This document shows, in pieces, positions 1 to 10,033 of a stretch of DNA of 64,000 bases. Below the pieces are notes generated by a model. It was given only the letters and a program-made list of their open reading frames with translations, was not told the origin of the DNA and did no database searches. Source of the stretch: an uncultured Candidatus Binatia bacterium (GTDB lineage Bacteria; Desulfobacterota; Binatia; UBA9968; CAXXLF01); the NCBI GenBank assembly GCA_965218425.1, contig OZ244621.1:576001-640000 (forward strand), written 5' to 3'. How positions within the stretch are numbered: position 1 is the first letter of the stretch; every line of letters starts with the position of its first letter. A program made the position numbers and the translations under genes.

Positions 1-1
1 G

Positions 2-853
2 GATTCTCTTGTGGGTGTGAGCCACGAGTGTGGCTTCCTCCTGGAGGCCAAAGAAAAAACCGTGGTCGCAACAAGCAAGGTGGATCCCCACCGAAACAGC
101 AGCGGTGAGATCCACAAGATCGTCGCGGAAACGGTGAAGGCTAATCAGAGCATCCACAACATCGATCTCAACCTGTTTCAACAAGCCAACCCAGATCTTA
201 TTTTGACCCAGGGACTCTGTGACGTTTGTGCCCTTGATTATGACCAGGCGGTGGAGGCGGCGCAATCTCTTACTAAACCACCCCAAATCATATCCCTCAA
301 CCCTTCCACCCTCTCCGAGGTACTCGGCGACATTTCCCACGTAGGGCAAAACACAGGAAAAACAGAGGAAGCAGAACTCTTTGTGACCGGCCTATCTCAA
401 CGGATCGACAGCGTTAAGCAGCGTGCCGCATCCTCAGACCTTCGACCGAAGGTGGCCTGCCTGGAGTGGTTGGATCCAGTTTACAGCGCGGGTCATTGGG
501 TACTCGAGATGGTAGATAGCGCAGGTGGGACCGATGGATTGGCAAAGGTAGGACAGGTTTCGAAAAGACCTTCCTGGAACGGGATGCGGCAATACCAACC
601 CGAGATTATCATTTTAATGCCCCGCGGTTTTACGGTTGAACGAACCATAGAAGAGGTGGATCAGTTACACAAGATTCCAGGATGGAATGAGTTGCCCGCC
701 ATAAAACACGGACAGCTATTCGCCGTGAACGGCCACGCTTATTTCAACCGTTGCGGCCCTTGTCTGGTTGATGGCTTAGAAATCCTTGCTCAAATCATTC
801 ACCCGGAAATTTTTTCCTGGAACGCTACTCCCGACACCGCACGGAGACTGTGA
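2..853 (+). CDS. BtuF/cobalamin-binding-like periplasmic binding protein, 5' end outside the window
   Basis: Frame is open from the window edge (DSLVGVSHEC). Motifs TQGLCDVCA, CLEWLDP, GHWV and YFNR are typical of this family. Confidence 0.8.
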   Translation, partial: DSLVGVSHECGFLLEAKEKTVVATSKVDPHRNSSGEIHKIVAETVKANQSIHNIDLNLFQQANPDLILTQGLCDVCALDYDQAVEAAQSLTKPPQIISLNPSTLSEVLGDISHVGQNTGKTEEAELFVTGLSQRIDSVKQRAASSDLRPKVACLEWLDPVYSAGHWVLEMVDSAGGTDGLAKVGQVSKRPSWNGMRQYQPEIIILMPRGFTVERTIEEVDQLHKIPGWNELPAIKHGQLFAVNGHAYFNRCGPCLVDGLEILAQIIHPEIFSWNATPDTARRL

Positions 854-862
854 CGAAACCAG

Positions 863-1279
863 ATGATCGCAAAGCTCTTTTTGCTCTTCACCCTCGTCCC
901 CCTCACGGAACTCTATATTCTGCTGGAGATCGGCTCGTATCTCGGCGCACTCAATACGATCCTGCTGATAGTCTTCACGGGCATTCTGGGGGCTTATCTG
1001 GCCCGGATGGAAGGGATCAGGACAATCCATCAAATATCACAAAACCTTGCCACGGGGAGCGTTCCGGCCGAGGAGTTGATGGACGCGGTGTTGATCTTTG
1101 TCGCCGGCGTCGTCCTTGTCACACCGGGAGTGATAACCGATGTGGCAGGGTTCTTGTTGCTTATTCCCTACACGCGCACCCTGTTCAAGCGCTGGCTGAG
1201 AAGAAAATTCGATCGCATGGTTGCCACAGGTGATTTTCAAGTTCGGTACCGCGGCTGGGGGGACGACGATAAGTACTAA
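863..1279 (+). CDS. fxsA: FxsA family membrane protein
   Basis: LFTLVPLTELYILLEIG...AGVVLVTPGVITDVAGFLLLIP signature. Confidence 0.9.
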   Translation: MIAKLFLLFTLVPLTELYILLEIGSYLGALNTILLIVFTGILGAYLARMEGIRTIHQISQNLATGSVPAEELMDAVLIFVAGVVLVTPGVITDVAGFLLLIPYTRTLFKRWLRRKFDRMVATGDFQVRYRGWGDDDKY

Positions 1280-1404
1280 CTGAACGACTTCTACCCATTG
1301 TCACAACTACTTGACAGTTCAAGGCCTAGTATGCGATTAAGACAAAGTTCAAGAAGAGCTTAAATTTGTCACCGCCAAACATACCTGCTTAGGAGGAAAT
1401 GAAC

Positions 1405-2913
1405 ATGGCCAAGACCGAAGCTAAAGCGCCAGTAGGCGAATCTGATGTGAACGGACAGTTCCCCTTTGACGATCTTCGTTCCTTCATCGAAACGGCAAAA
1501 GAGATCGACAATTACCGCGAGATCGATGGGGCCGATTGGAATCGCGAAATCGGCGCTCTCACTGAGGCGGCAGCCGAATTGATCACCGACCCCCCAATGC
1601 TGATCTTCGACAATATCAAAGGATACCCACCCGGGTTTCGAGTCGTCAGTCTTTCCATTGCTTCCGTCAAACGCGCGGCCTTGGCCTGGGGACTTCCCAT
1701 CGACAAGCCCAAGCTGGAACTGATTCGCCTGGGCACGAAAAAGCTAGGGACGGCAAGGACCAAACTTACCCCACCCAAGAAGGTCAAAACAGGGCCTGTC
1801 ATGGAGAACGTCTTGACGGGAGACAAGGTGGACATGTGGAAGTTTCCAAGCCCTCAATTCCACCTTCAAGACGGTGGACGCTATATCGGCACGGGGGACA
1901 TCATAACGATCCGGGATCCGGACTCAGGTTACCTTAACACGGGGACCTACCGTATGCAGGTGCACGAGAAGGATCTGCTGGGCTTATGGATCAGCCCAGG
2001 CAAACACGGGCGACTGATCCTCCAGCGCTACTGGGAACAAGGAAAGAGCGCCCCCATCGTGGCGTCCTTTGGCCATGACCCACTAACCTTTTTGGCATCC
2101 ACGGCATTTCTGCCCTGGGGCAAATCGGAATTGGATCTCCTGGGCGCGGTGCGTGGCAAGCCCATTGAGGTCATTGAGGGACCTATCACGGGTCTCCCCA
2201 TTCCGATCCACTCCGAGATAGCCATTGAAGGTGAGGTTCCCCCTCCGTCCGAGCAAGCGCGGGACGAGGGACCCTTTGGTGAGTGGCCGGGTTATTACTC
2301 CGGTGGTACCATCGGCACCGGCGAACCCCAGCCGGTGGTCCGCGTCAAGGCCGTCTATCATCGCAACAACCCCATCATTTTGGATTCAACGCCTCTGTGG
2401 CCCGGTGCATGTAAATACGCCATACCATTCATGGCGGGAGTGTTCTGGGATCAGTTGGAGAGCGCTGGTATTCAGGACATCAAAGGGGTCTGGCAGCACA
2501 CATCCTATTGGATCGTGATTTCGATTCGCCAGCGCTTTGCCGGACACGCCAAGCAGGCTGGTCATGCAGCACTTGGCGCACGGCAAGGGGCATACAATGG
2601 GCGTTATATCGTAATCGTAGATGAGGACATCGACCCAAGTGACATGAAGGAAGTGGAATGGGCCATGATGACCCGGGTGAACCCGGCCACGGACATTGAG
2701 TTAATCGATGGAACCTGGAGCACGCCCCTGGATCCCCGCATGACACCTGAGCAGCGGGAGAGCGGCGACCATACCAATAGCCGGGCAATCATTTATGCCG
2801 TGCGACCATGGACCTGGAGGGACAAGTTCCCGCAGGCAAGCAGAACGGAAAAGAACCTCCGGGCGGAGATCGTGGCAAAATACAAGTCGATTTTGCCGTT
2901 TCCGAATCTTTAA
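1405..2913 (+). CDS. UbiD family (prFMN-dependent) decarboxylase, copy 1
   Basis: DLRSFI start, GTYRMQVH, EGPFGEWPGYY and VDEDIDP motifs. AGGAGG RBS at 1391 favours ATG 1405 (ORF opens at 1399). Confidence 0.92.
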   Translation: MAKTEAKAPVGESDVNGQFPFDDLRSFIETAKEIDNYREIDGADWNREIGALTEAAAELITDPPMLIFDNIKGYPPGFRVVSLSIASVKRAALAWGLPIDKPKLELIRLGTKKLGTARTKLTPPKKVKTGPVMENVLTGDKVDMWKFPSPQFHLQDGGRYIGTGDIITIRDPDSGYLNTGTYRMQVHEKDLLGLWISPGKHGRLILQRYWEQGKSAPIVASFGHDPLTFLASTAFLPWGKSELDLLGAVRGKPIEVIEGPITGLPIPIHSEIAIEGEVPPPSEQARDEGPFGEWPGYYSGGTIGTGEPQPVVRVKAVYHRNNPIILDSTPLWPGACKYAIPFMAGVFWDQLESAGIQDIKGVWQHTSYWIVISIRQRFAGHAKQAGHAALGARQGAYNGRYIVIVDEDIDPSDMKEVEWAMMTRVNPATDIELIDGTWSTPLDPRMTPEQRESGDHTNSRAIIYAVRPWTWRDKFPQASRTEKNLRAEIVAKYKSILPFPNL

Positions 2914-2922
2914 ATAGCGCGG

Positions 2923-3336
2923 CTAATAACCCAGTTCCTTATCGACCCGGTTTTTTAGCGGCTGACCCGAAAGAAAGCGCCCAAGGTTGTCCCTGAAGAT
3001 GGGGTTGACCTTGTCCAATTTCTGCCCCGAGCTGCCCAGCCTTGGAGTCACGATCACATTGTGCAGGTCTCAGAGTTGGGAGCTTTCCGACAGGGGCTGT
3101 TCGGGCGCCGCATTCAGGGCGGCACCCGCAATCCATCCTTCCCTCATGGCCCGGCCTAAAACCTCCTCCTCCATGGCACCTCCCGCCACCAAATTGACAA
3201 GGTAAGCGCTCCCTTTCATGTTGCGGAGTTCTTTCTCGCCAAGGATACTGTCGGTGGACGGGACCGAAGGAAGACACACGACTACGAAGTCCGATTCGGA
3301 AAGCAGCCTTGGAAGAAACTCCGGCGGCAAATTCAT
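2923..3336 (-). pseudogene. C-terminal remnant of a D-2-hydroxyacid dehydrogenase with an in-frame stop
   Basis: SDFVVVCLP...MKGSAYLVN...IAGAAL; TGA at 3070-3072, then the same frame continues DLHNVIVTPR...NRVDKELGY to TAG at 2923. No N-terminal domain. Confidence 0.85.
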
Positions 3337-3415
3337 TTGAAGACGGTACGGTAATCCACGCCGGCTTCGCTATTTAACACGGCAAGCAGTTAAAAGGCGA
3401 TGGCTGCGGGGCGGG

Positions 3416-4594
3416 CTAGGAAGCGGCCTCGTGGAGCTCTTTCTGGGGCTCGGGCCCTGTAGCTGTTGCGGACTTTACTCCACTGGCCTGTCTGGCGGCC
3501 TTGAGGGCAAGGCGGCGATATATGGTCACACCAACGTCGGTGGAACAAAGTGTTTCCGGGACGCGATAGTTTTGCACCTCCATGAGACGCTTGTCCTGGT
3601 AGGTAAAAAACCAGCGGTGGATGTATTTGAAATAGGTTTTCCACCAGATCTTATAAAACAACCGGTGAAGGAAATTCCGTGGGAACGTTATGCTAAGCTC
3701 AAGGATACGGGTCAAGTTTGGTCCCACATAGATTGGCCATTGAAACGTAGAATAAGTAAATCCAAACATTGGCTCCCGCCTCTTCGATAGAATAATGTAA
3801 CCAGGCATGCGCACTTCGGCTCCGACACCTCCGGAGGTCCTTCGCCTTAATATCCGGTACCATATGGCATTCGGATATTTGCCGAGCCCTGGATATTCGG
3901 CTTGCATTTCACGTCCAGGCCCTTGCACAAAGATCCCTTTTCCATCGGGCAAAGGCTTTACGATCATATTGCCCCACGCGGGAATTTGTTGGAGGATTGC
4001 TTCCGGCGAGTTTCGGTGCACAAATATTGCGTGAAGCATGTCGGGATAGTTTTCTGTGACATTTCTCCAATCACAGGGCCAATACTCAAAAACATATTGA
4101 ACGAGGATATTAGGCTCTAAAAATCCCGGCGGCAGGTCTTCCTCCAGTGGAGGCGCTTCGCCTTGCCCCATAAAGGCCCAGACGATCCCGAAACGCTCCT
4201 CGGTGGGATATGCCTTGACGCAAACCTGTCCCGGCACCCGAGATTCCGGCCCCTCCACAATAGCGGCGACGCATTCCCCTCGTTCATTATAGGTCCAACC
4301 GTGGTAACCACAACTTAAAGTGCCGGGAAAAAGAATCCGTCCTCGGGAAAGCTTCGTCCCACGGTGAGGGCAACGATCCACGAGGGCAACTGCCTTTCCA
4401 TTTTTGTCGGGGAACAGAACGATGTCCTCACCAAGGAGGCTGACGGAAACAGGACGCTTTTTCACACGGTGCGCTTCAATGATGGGATACCAGTAGTTTC
4501 TATGGCCAAGTTCAGGCAAGTCCGGTGCTCGGGAGGAATCAGCACCAGCAGATGGAACCCGCTGTTCTCGAATATCACTTTCCGGCTGCGCCAA
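3416..4594 (-). CDS. Rieske non-heme iron oxygenase alpha subunit
   Basis: Rieske CPH-x(n)-CGYH, mononuclear iron motif ENYPDMLHAIFVH, and distal QD. Confidence 0.92.
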   Translation of the reverse strand: MAQPESDIREQRVPSAGADSSRAPDLPELGHRNYWYPIIEAHRVKKRPVSVSLLGEDIVLFPDKNGKAVALVDRCPHRGTKLSRGRILFPGTLSCGYHGWTYNERGECVAAIVEGPESRVPGQVCVKAYPTEERFGIVWAFMGQGEAPPLEEDLPPGFLEPNILVQYVFEYWPCDWRNVTENYPDMLHAIFVHRNSPEAILQQIPAWGNMIVKPLPDGKGIFVQGPGREMQAEYPGLGKYPNAIWYRILRRRTSGGVGAEVRMPGYIILSKRREPMFGFTYSTFQWPIYVGPNLTRILELSITFPRNFLHRLFYKIWWKTYFKYIHRWFFTYQDKRLMEVQNYRVPETLCSTDVGVTIYRRLALKAARQASGVKSATATGPEPQKELHEAAS

Positions 4595-4714
4595 CCTGAT
4601 TACCCCTCTAAGCCCTTACCTTAATAGATAGCATTAGTCAGTTATCTTAAAAATATTAAGGCAGTTTAGCACCCCAACTGTCAAGGCCCCGTCAAGGAGA
4701 GACGTTTCTATATC

Positions 4715-5959
4715 TCAGGTTGCCTGCTCGGTCTCGGTCCCTCGATGGGGAGCGTCGGGTTTGACAAATCCGAGTATGACTACACCTATTATATAGGATA
4801 CGGCCATTACCCCAAGGGCCGGCGCGAGCCCATACCGGTCCACTATCAGTCCGGTGACCAGGATCCACATGGGTCCCGTGATGGCCGAGAGGGTATGAAA
4901 CATGCTCAGTTGAGTGTCCACCCGCGTCTCCTCCGGCGCCACGCTGATGAGCAAACTCTGCAGCAGGGAACCCCGGCCGTAAATGAAAAATCCGGCGAAA
5001 AACGTAATCCCGAACAAACCGATGCCTGCGGTCCGAGGGATTAAAATCAAAAGGGTAAACACAGCAGATAGGACCAGGTCAATACGAATGGCAAGTCGCG
5101 GAGAGGTGCGATCGGAAAACCAACCCAGAACCATGGGACCTGCGACGCCACCGAAGGTGTACATGGCTACAAAGAGCGCGGCATAGGAAACACTGATGCC
5201 GAACCGGTCCACCAGGATCACTGCTAGATAAGTGTTCAGCGCTCCGGTGCCACGACCGGCGGCACCAACCATCATGACACCGGCCAAAAGCAGAGTCCTG
5301 CGGTCCAGCATCAAGACCTTGTATTCACGGAGTCCCAACCTGGTCCTTTGTTTCGTGCCGCCGAAAGCCTCCGTGCGGGGAGACGGTTCCTCCAGAAAAA
5401 AGAAAGAGAAACTCATCAGCATCAAAGGAAGGCTAATGACCATGACCGCCTGGCGCCAATCCAGATAGTAAAGTAAACCGGCGATCACCAACGGGGCAAT
5501 CCAACCGCCTATGTTACCGCTGATATGATGAAAGGCCAGGGCCTTGGCCCTGTCCTGGGGGAAGCTGTAAGCCATGACCGAACCGCCGACCGGGTGATTG
5601 GGACTGGTACCCAGTCCCCGTGTGGCCATACCCACAGCCAAATGGTTAAAGCTATGCGCCAATGACATAACAGCCATCCCAAGAAACGCCACCGCCGTGC
5701 CCACACCAAGGATATGGCTCCTGCGCAGGAAACGGGTCATCACGCCGAAGGTGATCTGCATGGGTCCCTCCACCACCATATTGATCACGGCTAGAAATGC
5801 GATGCCCGTATAACCGAAACTCAACTGATCCCTGATCACCGGATAAAGAACGGACAACCCCTGGGAACCCAAGTGACTGAGACCATGGGTAACGTTGACA
5901 ACTGTCACGGTCAGCCACCGACGAGGCGCACGATCCACGGCTTGACTGGCTTCGATCAT
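4715..5959 (-). CDS. MFS transporter
   Basis: 414 aa with about 12 hydrophobic segments and GWFSDRTSPR loop motif. Confidence 0.9.
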   Translation of the reverse strand: MIEASQAVDRAPRRWLTVTVVNVTHGLSHLGSQGLSVLYPVIRDQLSFGYTGIAFLAVINMVVEGPMQITFGVMTRFLRRSHILGVGTAVAFLGMAVMSLAHSFNHLAVGMATRGLGTSPNHPVGGSVMAYSFPQDRAKALAFHHISGNIGGWIAPLVIAGLLYYLDWRQAVMVISLPLMLMSFSFFFLEEPSPRTEAFGGTKQRTRLGLREYKVLMLDRRTLLLAGVMMVGAAGRGTGALNTYLAVILVDRFGISVSYAALFVAMYTFGGVAGPMVLGWFSDRTSPRLAIRIDLVLSAVFTLLILIPRTAGIGLFGITFFAGFFIYGRGSLLQSLLISVAPEETRVDTQLSMFHTLSAITGPMWILVTGLIVDRYGLAPALGVMAVSYIIGVVILGFVKPDAPHRGTETEQAT

Positions 5960-6070
5960 TTGGGTTGGCTCTCCGATTAAACTTACGCAAGGGAAGTCAA
6001 TGCGTGAGGTGAATCGTAACAGAGTGAGGCGAGAAACAAAACACCCTTCAGCCTCTCCCGTCTAACTGAC

Positions 6071-6099
6071 TTGACAGGAGCGGTTCTCTCAAATACTGT
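6071..6099 (+). promoter_or_regulatory. Putative sigma70 promoter for the MaoC/ABC operon
   Basis: TTGACA-N17-TACTGT, ending about 20 nt before ATG 6119. Confidence 0.55.
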
Positions 6100-6118
6100 C
6101 TAGTTAAGGTACAGCACC

Positions 6119-6640
6119 ATGGAACTGGATCCCAGCTCAGTCGTAACAAGGGAAATGCGAAGTTGGATTGGCCGTAAAACGCCGCCACGATCCATAGAAA
6201 AGAAGACCGCTTCCGACATTCGCCGTTACGTGGACGCCACGGGTGATACCAATCCTCTTTGGCTGAAGGACGATTACGCCGGCACCCATGGGTACCGAGG
6301 CCGCCTCCTCCCTCCCCTTCTCGTTGGCTGGGAACCATTTAGTATAAGAGGATCGGACGGTAAAGAGATCACCGAGGACATCGTAAAACGGATTCCTTTA
6401 CCGCCGGAATATACGGACGCGCGCAATGCCAACACGGAGATTGAATGGCTTAGGCCCGTGTACTTCGGCGAGCAGCTTCAGGCACAGACCTGTATCGTCG
6501 ATATTGTAGCCCGGCAGGGAAAATCAGGCATCGGCATTTATGTTACCCGCGAGGATCGGATCTTAGACAGCAACAGCGAAATCGTTCTCAAGCGCCAGCA
6601 GACAACGGTTCGTTTTCCGAGGAAGGACAAGCCGGAATAA
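6119..6640 (+). CDS. MaoC-like hotdog-fold dehydratase, N-terminal-type subunit
   Basis: DIRRYVDATGDTNPLW and EIEWLRPVYFGEQL. Confidence 0.85.
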   Translation: MELDPSSVVTREMRSWIGRKTPPRSIEKKTASDIRRYVDATGDTNPLWLKDDYAGTHGYRGRLLPPLLVGWEPFSIRGSDGKEITEDIVKRIPLPPEYTDARNANTEIEWLRPVYFGEQLQAQTCIVDIVARQGKSGIGIYVTREDRILDSNSEIVLKRQQTTVRFPRKDKPE

Positions 6641-6652
6641 CGAGTATTTGCC

Positions 6653-7099
6653 ATGGAACAGGCTGGCTTTGAACAGACCCGACTGGGGGACCAAATACCC
6701 GAACGAGAGTTTGGGCCCCTTACCATCCAGGACACGGTCCGATGGGCGGGGTTTCAGGAAAACTCCGCACAACTTCATTATGACCGCGAACACGCCAGGA
6801 GCCATAGTGGCCTTAAGACCTTTATTGCCAGTGGAGAATACCGCCAGGCCCTTTTGATGCGTGTGCTCACAGACTGGATAGGCCCACGAGGGATGATCCG
6901 AAAGTTAAACCTGCGCCAGACGTTTCCCACCTATGAAGGGGACCTCATGCGTTTTTCCGCAAAGGTGATTGAGAAATCCGCCAATGCATCGGACCCTTGG
7001 ATTGTCTGTGAGCTGATAGGGAAAAATCAAGAAGACCGTCAGATACTCACGGGTCGATGTGCTCTGATGCTTTCCAAGCGTTCTCAAATAACGTCATGA
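6653..7099 (+). CDS. MaoC family hotdog-fold dehydratase subunit
   Basis: LHYDREHA...LTDWIGPRG...PTYEGD. Adjacent to the preceding MaoC gene. Confidence 0.85.
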   Translation: MEQAGFEQTRLGDQIPEREFGPLTIQDTVRWAGFQENSAQLHYDREHARSHSGLKTFIASGEYRQALLMRVLTDWIGPRGMIRKLNLRQTFPTYEGDLMRFSAKVIEKSANASDPWIVCELIGKNQEDRQILTGRCALMLSKRSQITS

Positions 7100-7144
7100 A
7101 ACGCCCTGGATGTAAATTTCAATCATTTGAGAGGAGTGACCGTC

Positions 7145-8239
7145 ATGAGAGCTAAAACGCTATTCTTTTCCGCAGCTTTATTTTTTGTAATATGCCTTCT
7201 TCCGCTCTTCCTTAACAAAGCCTCCGCTGCCTCACCCTGGGGCCCCATGAGCGGAATCGAGTCCGCCGCACGCAAGGAAGGTAAACTCGTCATCTATGCA
7301 GCGCCGGGACATGCCAACCGCAAGGCCCAACGCGCCATCGGTAAAGTTTTCCAGGACAAATACGGAATCACCGTCGAATGGACAACCCTGAGCGCCAGGG
7401 ATATCTCGCCCCGCGTTTTTGCGGAGCAGCGGACCCAACAGTACACGGTGGATATTACGATGTCCGGCGTGGCCGGTCATTACGGTCAATTGAAACCAAA
7501 GGGATACGTAATGCCGATCCTCGCGCCTTCTACCTTTGAGAAAGGGGTATGGCGCTTGGACCCCACATCGGTAAAGCCCAAGGCGAGGGACTGGCTATTT
7601 GTGAATATGCCCTTGCGTCCCAGTTTTTTGATCAATACCAATCTGATCCCTCCCGGCCAGGAGCCCAAAAGCTATCAGGATCTCTTAGACCCCAAGTGGA
7701 AGGGCAAGATCGTCTTTCAGACCCCGGGAAGGGGCGGGACCGGGTCCGGCTGGTTCCGAGCCACCCACAGACACCTGGGCCTGAAATACATGAGGGCCCT
7801 GGCAAAGCAAGTAGTGATCGTTGCAAAAGTAAACGACACTCCCCAAGGGGTGGTCAGGGGTCAATATCCCATCGGGCTCGCCGCTTCCACCACGCGCACC
7901 CGGCGACTCATCAATGAGGGGGCTCCCGTGAAGTTTATACAGCCAAAAGAGGGTTCCCATATGGCAAGTCAAGGGACCTGCTTTATTCTCAACGCACCCC
8001 ATCCCAATGCTGCCAAACTCTTTTACCATTGGTTTTATTCAAAAGAGGGCCAGACCATCTACGCTACGAGTACCCAGGCAATCTCTGTTAGGAATGATGT
8101 TTCCCAGGATTTTATTCCGGCTAATGAACGCTATGTTAAGGGGAAACCGTATTTAATGGCGGCCCTGGAGGACCAACAAGGGACAAAACCGAGGGAACTC
8201 TTGAAGCTGGGCAAGCAAATATTCATAGAGGGCAAATAG
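7145..8239 (+). CDS. ABC transporter substrate-binding protein (AfuA/FbpA-like family)
   Basis: Signal peptide ending ASAA; ARKEGKLVIY, PKSYQDLLDPKWKGKI and APHPNAAKLF motifs. GAGGAG RBS before ATG 7145. Confidence 0.9.
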   Translation: MRAKTLFFSAALFFVICLLPLFLNKASAASPWGPMSGIESAARKEGKLVIYAAPGHANRKAQRAIGKVFQDKYGITVEWTTLSARDISPRVFAEQRTQQYTVDITMSGVAGHYGQLKPKGYVMPILAPSTFEKGVWRLDPTSVKPKARDWLFVNMPLRPSFLINTNLIPPGQEPKSYQDLLDPKWKGKIVFQTPGRGGTGSGWFRATHRHLGLKYMRALAKQVVIVAKVNDTPQGVVRGQYPIGLAASTTRTRRLINEGAPVKFIQPKEGSHMASQGTCFILNAPHPNAAKLFYHWFYSKEGQTIYATSTQAISVRNDVSQDFIPANERYVKGKPYLMAALEDQQGTKPRELLKLGKQIFIEGK

Positions 8240-8278
8240 CAGCTCAAAAGCACAGGCCATAGACGACAAGGAGGGGGT

Positions 8279-10015
8279 GTGGAGTCTGTCGCTCGCGCAT
8301 GGGAAGCAACCCAGGAGAAAGGCCGGATCTTCTGGTCGGAAACTTTTCTTGCGCTTCCCCAGTGGTTGCTCCTCGCCCTGGTAGGCATCCTGGTTATCTA
8401 TCCCATGACTATGATCGTCTTCGGTGCCTTCTGGAGTTCCATGCCCGGAGAGCCAGGGCATTTGACCTTCGATGGTTATGTTCAGGCCTTCACTCAACCG
8501 GGGCTTTTGAAAGCCCTGTGGACCACCTATTGGCTCACCTTGCTGGTCAAGTTCATCTCTGTCGTCCTTGCCATTTTCTTTGCCTGGATCATCGCCCGGA
8601 CCGACACACCTGGACGGGACTGGCTGGAGGTGGGCTTTTGGCTTTACTTCTTCATGCCCTTCATGCCACTGGCCATGGCTTGGGTCCTCCTCTTGGCACC
8701 GGATTTTGGACTGATCAACCAGGTCTTGCAGAAGTTTCCCTTCATCAATGGTTCAGTTTTTAACGTCCACTCGTACGGAGGCATCATCTGGGCCAGCACC
8801 TTGACCAGCACATCCTTCATGGTACTTCTTATCACGCCCGCCTTTCGCAGGATGGAGGCAAGCCTGGAGGAAGCATCCACACTGGCCGGCGCCTCCATGT
8901 TCACCACCGTGCGTCAGATCATGATCCCCCTGATGGCTCCCACCATCCTTGGGGTTTTATTCCTGACCTTCATCAGGGGCATCGAGTCCTTCGAGACCCC
9001 GTTGATTTTGGGCTTCCCCGTTGGCATCCACGTCTATGGAACCAAATTATACGACCTGCTGCATGAGGAACCCCCCGCCTTTCCTCCAGCCATGGCGCTG
9101 ACCAACGTTTTTTTGCTTTCCCTGTTTCTAATGGTTTATGTGCAGAATCGTTTCATCAGGGGGAAAACCTATACGACCATAGGGGGCCGGGGTTTTTCTG
9201 TAAGACCCATCCCTCTGGGCCGGTGGAGATATGTTACCTTTGGAGTTTGCCTGATATGGCTGGCCGTGGGAACGCTGCTCCCGGTACTGACCTTACTGTT
9301 CGGCTCTTTCATGAAAATCTTTGGAGTTTTTTTACCCGGCGGCTCCTTCACCATCAATCACTGGGTTTATCTTCTGGAGGACCCGAGCTTCTGGTTCAGT
9401 CTCAAAAACACTCTGCTCATGGGCATGGCAGCGGCAACCATTGGCTTGCTCCTCCATTCCATGATCAGCTATGTGATCATTAAATCGTCCTTTCGCGGTC
9501 GAAAGGCCCTTGAATTTTTTAGTTGGCTCCCCTGGGCAGTGCCAGGGATCGTTTTGGGGTTGGGAATCTTCTGGGCCTATGTGGGTGGGATCCGTCTTCC
9601 CTTCGCGCTATACGGGACCCTGTGGATTTTAGTGATGGCCATGATCATAAAGGAAATGCCCATCGGCATAAGGGCCATGAGCGGTGGCTTGCTGCAACTC
9701 AGTAATGAACTCGAAGAGTCGTCCCGCGTTCACGGGGCTTCTTTCATACGGACGTTTCGATCCATCGTGGCGCCCCTTCTTGCGCCGACTTTCATTGCCA
9801 CATGGATCATCATCTTCCTCGCGGCCGTACGGGATTTAAGCACGGTGATCCTCCTCTACTCGGCAAAATCCAAGGTGTTGTCCGTTTTAAATTACGAGCT
9901 TTGGGCTTCCGGTAGAATGGAATCCGCATTTGCCATTGGGCTGGTAACGACCCTGATCGTTATCGTTGCAGCCATTGCGGCTCGGCTGCTTGGCGGCGGG
10001 CAGGAACTCAACTAG
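8279..10015 (+). CDS. ABC transporter permease (FbpB-type, two repeats)
   Basis: Two EAA loops (LEEASTLAGAS, LEESSRVHGAS) and many TM segments. Confidence 0.92.
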   Translation: MESVARAWEATQEKGRIFWSETFLALPQWLLLALVGILVIYPMTMIVFGAFWSSMPGEPGHLTFDGYVQAFTQPGLLKALWTTYWLTLLVKFISVVLAIFFAWIIARTDTPGRDWLEVGFWLYFFMPFMPLAMAWVLLLAPDFGLINQVLQKFPFINGSVFNVHSYGGIIWASTLTSTSFMVLLITPAFRRMEASLEEASTLAGASMFTTVRQIMIPLMAPTILGVLFLTFIRGIESFETPLILGFPVGIHVYGTKLYDLLHEEPPAFPPAMALTNVFLLSLFLMVYVQNRFIRGKTYTTIGGRGFSVRPIPLGRWRYVTFGVCLIWLAVGTLLPVLTLLFGSFMKIFGVFLPGGSFTINHWVYLLEDPSFWFSLKNTLLMGMAAATIGLLLHSMISYVIIKSSFRGRKALEFFSWLPWAVPGIVLGLGIFWAYVGGIRLPFALYGTLWILVMAMIIKEMPIGIRAMSGGLLQLSNELEESSRVHGASFIRTFRSIVAPLLAPTFIATWIIIFLAAVRDLSTVILLYSAKSKVLSVLNYELWASGRMESAFAIGLVTTLIVIVAAIAARLLGGGQELN

Positions 10016-10033
10016 GAATCTACCGCCATGGGC

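Noticed and set aside
3070..3072. Selenocysteine or genetic-code reassignment at the in-frame TGA
   Set aside because: The position is a Trp in homologs, the gene is otherwise truncated, and TGA terminates many intact genes in the window.
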